IMG/VR virus record: IMGVR_UViG_3300028887_000104
Location: 1 to 64,000 of that record
DNA length: 64,000 nt
DNA from: a virus
Lineage: Duplodnaviria; Caudoviricetes
Direction: 5' to 3' (one strand)
Shown: positions 39,787 to 53,341 of the stretch, in pieces
Numbering within the stretch: position 1 is the stretch's first letter
Layout of the letters: each line of letters begins with the position of its first letter
Notes under the pieces: generated by a model
The model's database searches: none
Told to the model about the DNA's origin: nothing
The model's input: the letters and a program-made list of their open reading frames with translations, nothing else
Translations under genes and position numbers: made by a program

Positions 39787-42540
39787 ATGGCTGCGGCCAG
39801 CATGCAACCGATTTATGACCGGCTGAACGCGGTGGCCGGATATAATCCGCTGACGGCGGAAACGTTTGGCGACTGGGCCATGGAAGCCGGGGACATCGTT
39901 CGTGTCATACGCGGAGAAGACGCATACGACGTACCGGTACATTCCTCCACGCTGATCTGGCGCGGCCAGCAGCGGATGAACATCGACGCGACCGGCAAAA
40001 AGGAACGGGACAGCATCGCCAAAGCCAGCGCGCAGAAGTACGGACGCGGCGGGGCGGCAGTTCGCGGATCGCAGAGCATGTACCAGTACTTTGAGAGCGA
40101 AAATCAAAGCCTGCGGTCTGAGTTCGAAATGAGCTATGAAAGCCTGCGTGTTACGTTCGAAAATGAACTGGACAGCACGCGGTCAGAATTCCAGATGACA
40201 GCTGAGTCACTGCGGATTCAGTTTGAGAACGAGATCGCGAGCACCCGGTCTGAGTTTGAAATGACGAGCGAGTCGCTCCGGATCGAGTTTGAAAACGAGA
40301 TTGCGAGCACGCGGTCGGAATTCAACATGACGGCTGAATCGTTACGGATTCAGTTCGAAAATGAACTGAGCAGTACACGGTCCGAGTTTGAAGCCACGAG
40401 CGAAAGCCTGCGGATTACGTTTGAAAGCGAGATCAGCAGTACACGTTCAGATATTCAGGTACAGGCGAACCGGATCGGACTGGTGGTGTCCGGTACGGGG
40501 TCGAACGCGAGGATCAAGGCAGCGGAGATTGCGGTTGCCATTAACGATGATAACAGTGAAGCATTCATCAATGCTGATCATGTATACATCAGCGGAACCA
40601 CAAAACTGAGCGGTCAGCTGACTGTCCAGGATGGATCTCTTCTTGTTAAGACGGCACTGCTTGTCAGCGGTTCGACAGGCGGAAACGTTACGATTAATAA
40701 CGGGAAGATTACCGCAAAAGAGTACCAGGTGAATTCCGGAGGCGAGATTGTTTTTGTCGGAGCCGGGACCGGAGAACATTACGATCTCAGCGCGAGTACG
40801 CTACAGGGAATGATCAAAAGCTTTTCTGTTACCGGAAACGTACTGACATTGACGCCGTTTTACGGAGACCCGGTGGATTTTAGCAAAGCCGTTTCACTGT
40901 CCGGAACGTGGAGCGGCGGCGTACTTACGGTGAGCGCATCACCTTCCGGAGTTGGTGAACCCTGGGTGCGGTCTCTGCACCAGACAGAAACATCATGGAA
41001 CGGATACGATGCTATCATTCCAGTAAATGTGTTCCGGACGTCCGGAGCGAGCGAATACGATGAAGGCACGATTATCAATGTTTCCGCTTCTGTTCCAAGC
41101 GATAAAAGATACACAACCGGATGGTCTGAAGCGTATGAAAAAGTCGTTATCCCAGGGACAAATACGTCAACGAATTCGGCGACGTTTAAAACGCCAAACG
41201 CTACGGCGTCGAGCAATCCTGTACAGAATTCTCATGTGCTTTCCATGGGAAATGACGGGAATAACGCTGTTGTTCTTTACAGGGCAACGGATAGCGGAAG
41301 CGCTGTTACGATTGCGAAGTTTACGCACAACAAATACGATTCCGGGAAAACACAGGGATGGTCAGACGCGTATGCAAAGGTCGCTATTCCCGGAAGCAAT
41401 ACATCGACGAATTCGGCCACGTTCAAAACTCCGAACTCAGCCGCAACGAGCAACCCTGCACAGAACTCTCATGCACTGAGTATGGGGAATGACGGAAACA
41501 ATGCTGTTGTTCTTTACCGGGCAACAGACAGCGGCAATGCTGTTACGATTGCAAAGTTTACCCATAATAAATATGATTCTGGGAAAACCCAAGGATGGAC
41601 AGACGCATACAACAAGGTGTCTATTCCTGGAAGCAATACAAGCACAAACTCAGCGACATTTAAAACTCCGAATTCAGCTGCAACAAGTAACCCAGTACAG
41701 AATTCTCATGTTCTGTCAATGGGCAACGACGGGAACAATGCGGTTGTTCTTTACAGGGCAACAGACAGTGGGAACGCTGTCACAATAGCGAAGTTTACGC
41801 ATGATAAATATACAAGCGGCCAGAATGCTGTTACGTTGAACGATGCGAGCTGGAATTCGATTTCAACGCTTACATCCAGCAGGACAGTAACAGTCAGCAC
41901 AAGCGGAAGACCTACACAGCTCAGCAAGAGCAAGACCGTTTATCTCACCGCCGGAACATGGTCAAACGGAAGCATGCCGACCTATATCCGGGACGGAAGC
42001 ACAAGCGGAACGATTATTGCACAAAGCAGCGTAAGCGCTCCGAGTGCCACCATGGATGTTGGTTCATGGTCCAGTGGGAGTATAACCGTAACCGCAAAAA
42101 ACGGAACGGCTTCCATGGGATCGGCTACTGTTACATTGCCTGATATATCCGCATTTGATACAACAGCTCCGAATGGAGAGTCTATAACGGTTGGAACGAC
42201 AACGTATACGAACAATTCCAGCGGTTATGATCTGAACGGTTCCGGAAGCTCCGCGACATGTATTATGGTCGTTAAGTCCACATGGACGCAGGGCGGCAAA
42301 AGTATGAGCGGAAAAAGTTATCTTCAATCCGCTCCAACCGCATTATACAGAAAAGGATATTCAGATGGGTACAGCGTAACAAAGAGCCAAATTACCGGGT
42401 CTCGCGGGAATAAACAGACATCACAGCCGACATATGATACGAAGATTTCAGATATTTCAGGATCGTCAGGTGTTGGCTGGTATGTCATTACAGTAACAGT
42501 TCACGGCACGAGTAAAACATTCGGACTTCACATAACATAA
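39787..42540 (+). CDS. minor tail protein with 22-aa and 79-aa repeats
   Basis: (ESLRIxFENEIxSTRSEFxMT)n at about 40100-40450; three 237-bp units starting 41119, 41356, 41593. Confidence 0.75.
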   Translation: MAAASMQPIYDRLNAVAGYNPLTAETFGDWAMEAGDIVRVIRGEDAYDVPVHSSTLIWRGQQRMNIDATGKKERDSIAKASAQKYGRGGAAVRGSQSMYQYFESENQSLRSEFEMSYESLRVTFENELDSTRSEFQMTAESLRIQFENEIASTRSEFEMTSESLRIEFENEIASTRSEFNMTAESLRIQFENELSSTRSEFEATSESLRITFESEISSTRSDIQVQANRIGLVVSGTGSNARIKAAEIAVAINDDNSEAFINADHVYISGTTKLSGQLTVQDGSLLVKTALLVSGSTGGNVTINNGKITAKEYQVNSGGEIVFVGAGTGEHYDLSASTLQGMIKSFSVTGNVLTLTPFYGDPVDFSKAVSLSGTWSGGVLTVSASPSGVGEPWVRSLHQTETSWNGYDAIIPVNVFRTSGASEYDEGTIINVSASVPSDKRYTTGWSEAYEKVVIPGTNTSTNSATFKTPNATASSNPVQNSHVLSMGNDGNNAVVLYRATDSGSAVTIAKFTHNKYDSGKTQGWSDAYAKVAIPGSNTSTNSATFKTPNSAATSNPAQNSHALSMGNDGNNAVVLYRATDSGNAVTIAKFTHNKYDSGKTQGWTDAYNKVSIPGSNTSTNSATFKTPNSAATSNPVQNSHVLSMGNDGNNAVVLYRATDSGNAVTIAKFTHDKYTSGQNAVTLNDASWNSISTLTSSRTVTVSTSGRPTQLSKSKTVYLTAGTWSNGSMPTYIRDGSTSGTIIAQSSVSAPSATMDVGSWSSGSITVTAKNGTASMGSATVTLPDISAFDTTAPNGESITVGTTTYTNNSSGYDLNGSGSSATCIMVVKSTWTQGGKSMSGKSYLQSAPTALYRKGYSDGYSVTKSQITGSRGNKQTSQPTYDTKISDISGSSGVGWYVITVTVHGTSKTFGLHIT

Positions 42541-42558
42541 CGGAAAGGATTGAAACAA

Positions 42559-42774
42559 ATGGAACAGCGCGTCATGACCGCAGAGGAAGTTGTAAAAATT
42601 ACGATTAACGATCTCAGCAGGATTCAGGTTCCGGCGGCCCTGATTCAGCAGATCGGAATTCCGATTGCTGACGCGATTAACAAACTGAACCTGTGCGTTG
42701 AAAGCTGGGAAAGAACCCGGCATGAAGAAGAATCGAAACAGGCCGATAAACCCGGCGAGGCAGAGAGCGAATAA
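42559..42774 (+). CDS. small tail-associated protein
   Basis: ORF between tail genes. Confidence 0.55.
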   Translation: MEQRVMTAEEVVKITINDLSRIQVPAALIQQIGIPIADAINKLNLCVESWERTRHEEESKQADKPGEAESE

Positions 42775-42805
42775 CGACAGAATACAGCAATCGAGGTGAT
42801 GCAAA

Positions 42806-46162
<3,357 letters not shown>

Positions 46163-46167
46163 GAATT

Positions 46168-46188
46168 GGCAGGGGCTTGTCCCCTGCC
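46168..46188. other. GC-rich hairpin after the tail-fibre stop
   Basis: GGCAGGGG-CTTGT-CCCCTGCC. Confidence 0.8.
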
Positions 46189-46203
46189 CCAAGAGGTGAA
46201 AGT

Positions 46204-46361
46204 ATGAAGTGACAAACGAAGGAAAACGGAACCAAAGCCGGGTAGAGTTCGACAATACGTACTTCGCCGTTGATGACGATATCGAAAACCTGATAACAAC
46301 CAACTTCGGATTAAAAGGCGAAAAGCTTGGATACCGAGGCTTGGGAGACATAAATCGCTGA
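46204..46361 (+). pseudogene. truncated, frameshifted ORF resembling a DGR accessory (Avd-like) N-terminus
   Basis: RBS GAGGTG + ATG; one frame over reads VTNEGKRNQSRVEFDNTYF; family call from memory only. Confidence 0.4.
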
Positions 46362-46388
46362 AGAATGGCAATCAATAGGCGTAGTCAT

Positions 46389-46415
46389 GTGAGGTGCAAA
46401 TCCTTGCCCCGTGAT
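46389..46415 (+). ncRNA. 3' half of a tRNA-like RNA (T arm + acceptor strand)
   Basis: GTGAGG-TGCAAAT-CCTTGC-CCCGTGAT, same 3' end as 48516-48542; 5' half absent. Confidence 0.6.
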
Positions 46416-46432
46416 TTGGCCCAATATGGTCA

Positions 46433-46560
46433 GATGAACGAAAAGTAAGTAGCAGACAACCGAACCGGTGGCAAAGGGTGAAAGCATACCCGGAAATCGA
46501 AAGTTGTCTGTGTGATAGAGGATACGGGAACGGGAATCGGCTCGTTCCCAACCTCGTTCA
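46433..46560 (+). ncRNA. structured non-coding cassette
   Basis: Nested stems TGAACGA/TCGTTCA, CAGACAAC/GTTGTCTG, GGGT/ACCC, GGGAACG/CGTTCCC; no ORF. Confidence 0.5.
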
Positions 46561-46660
46561 GTACCCAATATGGTCAGACATTGGTCCCTTGAAAAAAAAC
46601 AGTTTAAAATGGCTAACCAAATGCCATATGTAAAATTCAGATATGAAAGGATGATTTACA

Positions 46661-46960
46661 ATGAAAAGAGAAGCTTACGAAGTACACATGAGCGTAGTCG
46701 ATGCGAACGGAACGCTGACAATCGACCCGACAGGTTACCCGAAGTCCGTTGACAGCCGGAGCTATGACAACGACCTGGAGAAGACATTCAATCGCGCACT
46801 GGGTCTGCTCGGCGCGGCGGAAAGCGCGATGAGTACGCAGGACACACGGCAGGTGCAGTACGGGTACATTATCCGGGTGAGCGACGGAATGCAGGTTGAA
46901 CGTCGCAGGTTTGGAAAGCTCGCGGAGTTGCCGGATCCGGAACCGAACGAGGGGGAATGA
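46661..46960 (+). CDS. hypothetical protein
   Basis: 99 aa, RBS GAAAGGA inside the 104-bp repeat. Confidence 0.7.
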   Translation: MKREAYEVHMSVVDANGTLTIDPTGYPKSVDSRSYDNDLEKTFNRALGLLGAAESAMSTQDTRQVQYGYIIRVSDGMQVERRRFGKLAELPDPEPNEGE

Positions 46961-46963
46961 TGA

Positions 46964-47284
46964 ATGGCTGATACATCATTTAGCATAGGAAATATCGAAG
47001 GTCAGGTCAAGGCTTTGTCTGACCACATTGCGAGCAATGAAGCAAATATTCTAATAGGGCCCCGTTTTGCTGTAGAAGTAGATATTTCTTCTAACGGAGA
47101 TAAGTTTGTAGATATTACATATCCAACAACGCCAACCGGATATCAGAGAGTTGGAGGTATCGCCTTTTCAACAACGTACAGGGCATATGTCAAAGGCATC
47201 GGCGGTGACAGATTGTATTATTATGTTGTAAATGCATCAGCAACTTCCACATTTCATGTATATCCTGTTTATTACAAATCATAA
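46964..47284 (+). CDS. small protein with a tail-fibre-tip-like beta-rich C-terminus after an in-frame site
   Basis: LSDHIA junction matches LYDHIE in the tail fibre. Confidence 0.65.
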   Translation: MADTSFSIGNIEGQVKALSDHIASNEANILIGPRFAVEVDISSNGDKFVDITYPTTPTGYQRVGGIAFSTTYRAYVKGIGGDRLYYYVVNASATSTFHVYPVYYKS

Positions 47285-47342
47285 CAATTATGGAGTGCCA
47301 AATATTCTCATGTCCAAATATGGTCAGAAGAGAGGGATTTGA

Positions 47343-47495
47343 ATGGCAGAAAACTTTGAATATAATTGTTCAAATTGCAGATATTTTAACAAAGAAGCTG
47401 GTTTGTGTTGCATTGAACCTGTAGAACACATAGAAAATCCAACAAGAGAATCATGTGGCCTTTGGGTGTCGGAACACGCAGTAATGATATTGTAA
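47343..47495 (+). CDS. 50-aa Cys-rich cassette ORF
   Basis: Read manually: MAENFEYNCSNCRYF...; lies between sites 47311 and 47501. Confidence 0.55.
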   Translation: MAENFEYNCSNCRYFNKEAGLCCIEPVEHIENPTRESCGLWVSEHAVMIL

Positions 47496-47515
47496 TGACA
47501 GTTCGCTAAATGGTC

Positions 47516-47666
47516 ATATCACATGTGGCGGAATAGGTAGACGCTATAGTGACCTGTAGGACTTGCCTATTATGTCGATGGCTGTAAGTTATAAACTCGC
47601 TCATAGACCTTGCGAAAGCATGATGGAAGTAGTCTGTGTAAGGTGCAAATCCTTACCATGTGATAT
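47516..47666 (+). ncRNA. tRNA-like RNA without a canonical anticodon arm
   Basis: 10-bp terminal stem, D arm TGGCGGAATAGGTAGACGC, T arm GTAAGG-TGCAAAT-CCTTAC. Confidence 0.8.
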
Positions 47667-47696
47667 GACGTTAAATGGTCAGGCGAAAGGGTTCAT

Positions 47697-47993
47697 ATGA
47701 GAAAAAAAGTTGTTCTTGCCGAGAAACTAAAATGCATTCGTGATAAATACTGTGCATGGGGTGAAATAACTATTATGAATGAAGCAATAGACACCATTTT
47801 GCCAAAGAATCAAAGTCCGATAATGTTGAATGATTTAATTAAATTGCTTCAGGAATTACAGAAGAACTCCGATAAGGATACTGTTGTTTATTTTACAGAT
47901 GATGACTCTGATGATGGAGATTTGGAACTTATACCTCTGCATATAAATGATTGTTTCAAATCGAAGTTTGGGAACTATATCGTGTTCCGCTAA
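47697..47993 (+). CDS. cassette ORF, hypothetical
   Basis: Its TAA stop is the start of the TAAA spacer of site 47985. Confidence 0.7.
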   Translation: MRKKVVLAEKLKCIRDKYCAWGEITIMNEAIDTILPKNQSPIMLNDLIKLLQELQKNSDKDTVVYFTDDDSDDGDLELIPLHINDCFKSKFGNYIVFR

Positions 47994-48036
47994 ATGGTCG
48001 TTCAGGGTGCTAAATGGTCAGATGAAAGGAAACGCA

Positions 48037-48381
48037 ATGGATTCAGAGAAACTGCTTGAAGAATGGCAGAATAGGCTTGGCTTGTCTGATTGGAGAGTTA
48101 AGTTATCTACAAATTGCGAACCACAAGAAATGGAATTAAAAGATTCGTGCGGTTGCACAGCATGGCAGGAAACAACAAAAACAGCTCATATCTATGTTAT
48201 AGATGAAAAATACTATGGAGAACGAGTTGTACCATTCGATTTTGAGGAAATTCTTGTCCATGAATTATTGCATCTGAAAACTTGCTTTTTATCAGACACA
48301 GGGAATGATTTGCAGGACAGAATTGCACATCAGTTAATTGACGATTTGGCAAGGGCGTTCGTAGATGCAAAAAGGGACTAA
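48037..48381 (+). CDS. cassette ORF, zincin-like (HELLH) protein
   Basis: EEILVHELLHL HExxH; stop lies in the spacer of site 48373. Confidence 0.7.
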   Translation: MDSEKLLEEWQNRLGLSDWRVKLSTNCEPQEMELKDSCGCTAWQETTKTAHIYVIDEKYYGERVVPFDFEEILVHELLHLKTCFLSDTGNDLQDRIAHQLIDDLARAFVDAKRD

Positions 48382-48389
48382 ATGGTCAC

Positions 48390-48542
48390 ATCACGGGTGG
48401 TGGAATAGGTAGACACACTTTGGAGGTAGACAACACTCGTCAGCAGATAAGCGTAATGCGGAGAGAAGTGCTTCGGCATGAACCTACCAACTATTCATCG
48501 TTGAATTGTTGTCATGTAAGGTGCAAATCCTTACCCCGTGAT
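48390..48542 (+). ncRNA. tRNA-like RNA without a canonical anticodon arm
   Basis: ATCACGGG/CCCGTGAT stem, D arm GTG/CAC covarying with the 47516 copy, identical T arm. Confidence 0.8.
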
Positions 48543-48643
48543 ATTACCCAATATGGTCAGACATTGGTCCCTTGAAAAAAATCAGTTTAAAATGGCTAAT
48601 CAAATGCCATATGTAAAATTCAGATATGAAAGGATGATTCACA

Positions 48644-48991
48644 ATGAAATTAACAGAACTGATTGACTCAATCAATTTAGCATTACAGGTTGAAAAACAT
48701 CCAGAAAATATTGAAGTCGTTATATCAACACAATTGCCGTATGCAACGTTGGGACAGCGTCCTTGTACTGGTGTGAAGTATGTCGGAATGGGATTCGATT
48801 GGGAGTCCGGACAATTCAGAATCGCACCGGAAGAAAAGCTGATGTGCGTAAAGCATGATACGCCACAAACAGTTAAGGAATGGCGTGGGAATTATCACTG
48901 TCCGAAGTGTGAATACATGATTTCTAAAGGAAGAAAAGCAGATGCTATACGGTTTTGCTGTAAATGCGGACAGGAGGTAAAGTGGGAATGA
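48644..48991 (+). CDS. cassette ORF with C-terminal zinc ribbon
   Basis: HCPKC..FCCKCGQEVKWE. Confidence 0.7.
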   Translation: MKLTELIDSINLALQVEKHPENIEVVISTQLPYATLGQRPCTGVKYVGMGFDWESGQFRIAPEEKLMCVKHDTPQTVKEWRGNYHCPKCEYMISKGRKADAIRFCCKCGQEVKWE

Positions 48992-49069
48992 ATCTTTAAT
49001 CTCACGACCATAAATGGTCAAATACTCTCAAGGTGCTAAATGGTCAGATAATGGTCCTGAGAACCACAC

Positions 49070-49110
49070 AAAAAAACACCCCCGTCCGGAGTTAGACGGG
49101 GGTGTTTTGC
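49070..49110. terminator. bidirectional terminator
   Basis: AAAACACCCCCGTC..GACGGGGGTGTTTT. Confidence 0.85.
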
Positions 49111-49115
49111 ATCTG

Positions 49116-50117
49116 TCAGGACGCGTATTTTTTGTGACTGTTCTTGACGTCATCATCGAAGACTTTGACGTAGCGCATGGTGGTTTTGATTGACGCATGG
49201 CCCAGGAATTTCTGGACATGCTCAATGGGCATTCCGGATGCGGACGCCAGGGTTCCGGCTGTATGCCGGTATATATGCGGCGTGATTTTGTGTGTCAATC
49301 CGGACCGCAGCCAGATATTCCCTATCTCCCGCTGCAACGCCTTCTCTTTGACACCGTGTTTCTCGTGGACGCGCTTGGAGACAAACACGAATTCGCAGTC
49401 ATCATCGCGTGAATCCAGATACTTTCGAAGCGACACGAGCGCACGGGAGTTCAGATAGGTTATGCGACGCTTATCCCCTTTTCCATGACGGACAAGAACC
49501 GTACGCTTATCCCAGTCAATATCAGACAAAACCAGCGCGGCAACCTCCGCAATCCGGCATCCTGTTGAGTACAGCAGATCTACCAGCGCTACCTCACGAT
49601 CATCCCGGCAGGCCGCACGCATGATTTCCAGTTCGTCCCGGTCCATCGGTTCCCGGGCGCTCTCGTTATGCTTGATCGGATCCACATGAGCACATGGATT
49701 GGAACGGATCAGTCCCTCTCCGTGAATCCATTCGAAAAAGCTGTGCAGGATCACGCGCTTGTTGTCCAGCGTCGAGTCCACAACGCCGCTTTCCATTTTG
49801 TACCGGCCTAGGAAGCCACGGATGTCCGTCGCCGTGATCTCATCCGGACGTTTCCGGACTGTCATGAAAAACCGGCGAATAAATGAAAAGTAGTTTTTCA
49901 GCGTATCCGGATTTACATTCTGGATTGCTTTCGACGAGATATAGTACTTCAGTTCATCCGGAATTGCATTATGGACAATCAAGTCGGTTGACTGTAACTG
50001 AATCTGGTACTTTGTGGCGATTGTATCCGTGATGCCGATGATCTTCCGGACATCGTCCATATCATAGATCCGCATCAGGCCATCCGCCAGGTCAGAACGA
50101 AAAACCTCATAAGACAT
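49116..50117 (-). CDS. tyrosine recombinase (XerC/D-like)
   Basis: Catalytic set R (TGCRIAE), K (HGKGDK), HIYRH, LGH, Y (TTMRY); N-terminal core-binding domain. Confidence 0.95.
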   Translation of the reverse strand: MSYEVFRSDLADGLMRIYDMDDVRKIIGITDTIATKYQIQLQSTDLIVHNAIPDELKYYISSKAIQNVNPDTLKNYFSFIRRFFMTVRKRPDEITATDIRGFLGRYKMESGVVDSTLDNKRVILHSFFEWIHGEGLIRSNPCAHVDPIKHNESAREPMDRDELEIMRAACRDDREVALVDLLYSTGCRIAEVAALVLSDIDWDKRTVLVRHGKGDKRRITYLNSRALVSLRKYLDSRDDDCEFVFVSKRVHEKHGVKEKALQREIGNIWLRSGLTHKITPHIYRHTAGTLASASGMPIEHVQKFLGHASIKTTMRYVKVFDDDVKNSHKKYAS

Positions 50118-50233
50118 ATTCTATTCTCCTCCAATGTTGTACATCGACCGGAGATGTGATAGAATGTATGTGTTATCAGGGCGATACACTCTATTCCATC
50201 GTCCGGAATGACCGCGTGCCTGCTACACGACGG

Positions 50234-50419
50234 TCATTTTCTTTTGTGCATTTCGTCCCGGATCAGCTGCTTGATATACTCAGTAAAGTTTTTCTTCCTT
50301 TCCGACCATTCAAGCAATTTCATGTCTTCCGGGGACTTTCTGGAAAAACTGATCTTCTTCTGGATAATTACATCCCGCTGGTAGTCAGACTGGTATTTCC
50401 GGCGGTCTTTATCAGCCAT
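50234..50419 (-). CDS. small basic DNA-binding protein
   Basis: 61 aa; promoter TTGACT-17-TATGAT at 50472-50444. Confidence 0.65.
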   Translation of the reverse strand: MADKDRRKYQSDYQRDVIIQKKISFSRKSPEDMKLLEWSERKKNFTEYIKQLIRDEMHKRK

Positions 50420-50542
50420 CTATTCACCTCCTCTCTGTACGTTATCATATACCTGTTTAGTACTAAAGTCAATAGGAAAATTACAATTCGTAATAATGAT
50501 CTGAAACTGAACTGAAAATGACACGTTTGTGAACTCGCAAAC

Positions 50543-53159
50543 GTGTTTTTTATTTGCGAAAATACAGGCAAGAAGGGGGTCGAAGATATGGACGAAGCAA
50601 CGAAATACCCCAGGCATTGCAGGAGAAATATCCGGATGCTGATGAGCAGGCTGTGCACAGACGCGCAGACCGCGTACGCAATGATACTGATGACGGCGGC
50701 GCTGATGGACCTGAGTCCGGACGATGACAGGGTGGCAGAGACGGTACTGATGGACTGCGGTATTGAGTCCCCAATGTATGCCTGATGTGGCGGTATGCGA
50801 ATCCGAACCCGTGCAGGCAGGAGGAACCGGACTGCGTTGTGCGCGCAATCTGTATTGCGATGGGAGAAAAATGGCACATGGTTCACAGCGATCTGTGCAG
50901 GCTTAGTTCGGAAAGATGCACAATTCCAAGCGCAAACTGGCTATGGGGACTGTATCTTAAACGGAAAGGGTTTAAGCGGTTCGTTCCGGACTGCCCGGAA
51001 TGCACAACGGTGCGCGAGTTCTGCCGGAAATATCCAGACGGAACATACATTATCGGAACCGGAACGCATGCAATATGCGTGATTAATGGAGACTGGTATG
51101 ACACATGGGATTCCGGGGACGAAATTCCAGGTTACTACTGGCGACGAGAATAAGGAGTGATTGAAAATGGCTTACAATCCGGCAATCTACAATCCATATG
51201 CAGGCGGATACGGGCAGGTTCAGCAGCCTATGCAACCCGTGCAGAGTTATGCCGCTCCCGCGCAGGCAAAAGGCGTGATTGAGTGGGTAGACGGAGAAGT
51301 CGGCGCAAGGGCGGTTCAGCTTCCCATTGGCATGACTACACCGATTGCACTGTGGGATACGAACGAACCTGTGATCTACGTCCGGAGCATGAACCAGATG
51401 GGCATGCCGAATCCGATCAAACGTATCCGGTACGTTGTGGAGGAAGACACGCCACGGCAAAGCGGCGACATGGCAAAGCTTACAGGAGGCGAATCCAGAC
51501 ACGACATGAGCGAATATGTCCGTAAAGACGAGTTTGCTGCCATGAAAGATGAACTGCTCCGGTCTATTAAAGAGATCGGTACCGGGTCCGCAAAGCACGC
51601 AAGGAGCGATGACGAATGAATCCTCTCTTCAATGCGCTATTTGGGCAAAAACACGGGGCAGGACAAGCCTCACAGGATCAGACGCAAAATCCCACGGGTC
51701 AGAACTGGAACGCATTAATGGGGCAATTACAGGCGAATCCTGCGGAGATGATTCAGAAAGCCGGGTACAGCGTTCCGCAGGAGATCAGCGGGAACCCGCA
51801 GGCAACAGTAATGCATCTGATTCGGACCGGACAGATCGGCGGACCGATGATGCAGCGGATCCAGCCGATGCTTCAGATGATGGGAATAAGGTGAACGAAA
51901 TTCTATGATTTCGTATCAGTATAAATACATGAAATTGGTTCTTTTCGGTGAGTGCGCATAACCGATTAAAGGATAAATAAATCGAAAGGAATCAAAAAAC
52001 TATGACAGACTCAACGAACATGTACATGCCGGTGGCACCCGCGTACGGCGGTGGCAACGGCGGGTTCGGTGGATTCGGAGACGGGAACGGCTGGTGGGTC
52101 ATTCTTCTGATTCTGCTGTGCGGCGGTGCCTGGGGCGGCGGTTTCGGCGGATTTGGCGGCGGAAACGGCATGTTCCCGTGGATGATGGCCGGACAGGGAA
52201 ACACGAACAACGACATTCAGCGCGGTTTTGACCAGAGCGCCATGATGACCGGGATTACCGGCGTAAGCAACGCGGTGACATCCGGATTCGGCGACATTCA
52301 GACGGCCCTGTGCGGCGGATTTGCAGGCGTTAACGCTGGCATCGCCAACGGATTTGCCCAGAGCGAGATCGCGGCGAACAGCAGGCAGATGGCAAACATG
52401 AACCAGAACTTCGCACTTCAGACCGGTGTGCTGAACGGATTTAACACACTCGGATCCCAGCTGAGTTCCTGCTGCTGTGAGAACCGGCTGGCTACTGCCA
52501 ATCAGACTGCCGCGCTTCTGGCTGAGCATTGCGCTGACAGGCAGGCCATGAGCGACGGCATCCGTGATGTATTGGCGAACCAGAACAACGGCATCCAGAA
52601 GATTCTGGACAAGATGTGCGAACAGGAGATCGAAAACCTGAAAGCGGCGAACAGCAGCCTTCAGACTCAGGTACTGATGCGCGACCTGGCTGCGTCCCAG
52701 ACGGCGCAAACGGCTGCACTGGTAGCGGATAATACCGCACAGACACAGTACATCGTCAACCGGGTTGCTCCGTATCCGATTCCGGCTTATACGGTGCCGA
52801 ACCCTTTGGGGACCGGAACCGCTACGGCGGCATAAGGAGGTATCCTTATGAGTCACTACGAGAATCTGGAAAAGGCGATGTGCCGGGAACTGGAGAAGCT
52901 GGACAAGAAGTACGGCGGCGAGACGGGAGAGATGAGCACGCAGGACGCGGAGAAGGCGGACATGCTCTACCATGCCCTGAAGAGTGCGGCGACGTACCAC
53001 GCCATGAAGGACGCGGACGGATGGGAAGAAAAGGACGTATCCGGACGATCCTATTATCGCGGACGTGACGCGATGGGACGGTATATCAGCAGAGATATGG
53101 ACGGATACTCCGGACATTATCCGATGTATCCGGACGGCGGTCGCGGCTGGAGATACTGA
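50543..53159 (+). CDS. uncharacterised gene cluster (50543-50785, 50785-51153, 51167-51619, 51616-51894, 52002-52835, 52848-53159)
   Basis: Coupled ORFs, most with RBS; 52002 has a Gly-rich/TM N-terminus and CCCENR. Confidence 0.7.
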
Positions 53160-53341
53160 AAAACGGAGAGGACCCGCCGTGCGCGGATCCTCTTTGTTTA
53201 ATACGCAATGCATTTTATTTACTACAATGGGTTGTATTTCGAAAGGAAATCGGATACAATAAATTGAAAATAAATAACAGAAGGCACCGTGCGGTGAGTA
53301 AAAACCGTACGGTGCCATTTGTTTAAAAAGGAAGTGATGAA

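Noticed and set aside
47516-48542. Canonical tRNA-Leu genes
   Set aside because: No 5-bp/7-nt anticodon arm at the expected position, T loop is TGC not TTC, and no CCA.
46417-49046. Classical shufflon with alternative fibre tips encoded on the minus strand behind each site
   Set aside because: Reading DH(I/L) leftwards from the AATA sites hits stops within 4-20 codons; the cargo is on the plus strand.
49116-50117. Prophage integrase with attP/attL/attR
   Set aside because: No host boundary or att duplication is visible; its position beside the site array fits a local recombinase better, though a dual role is not excluded.
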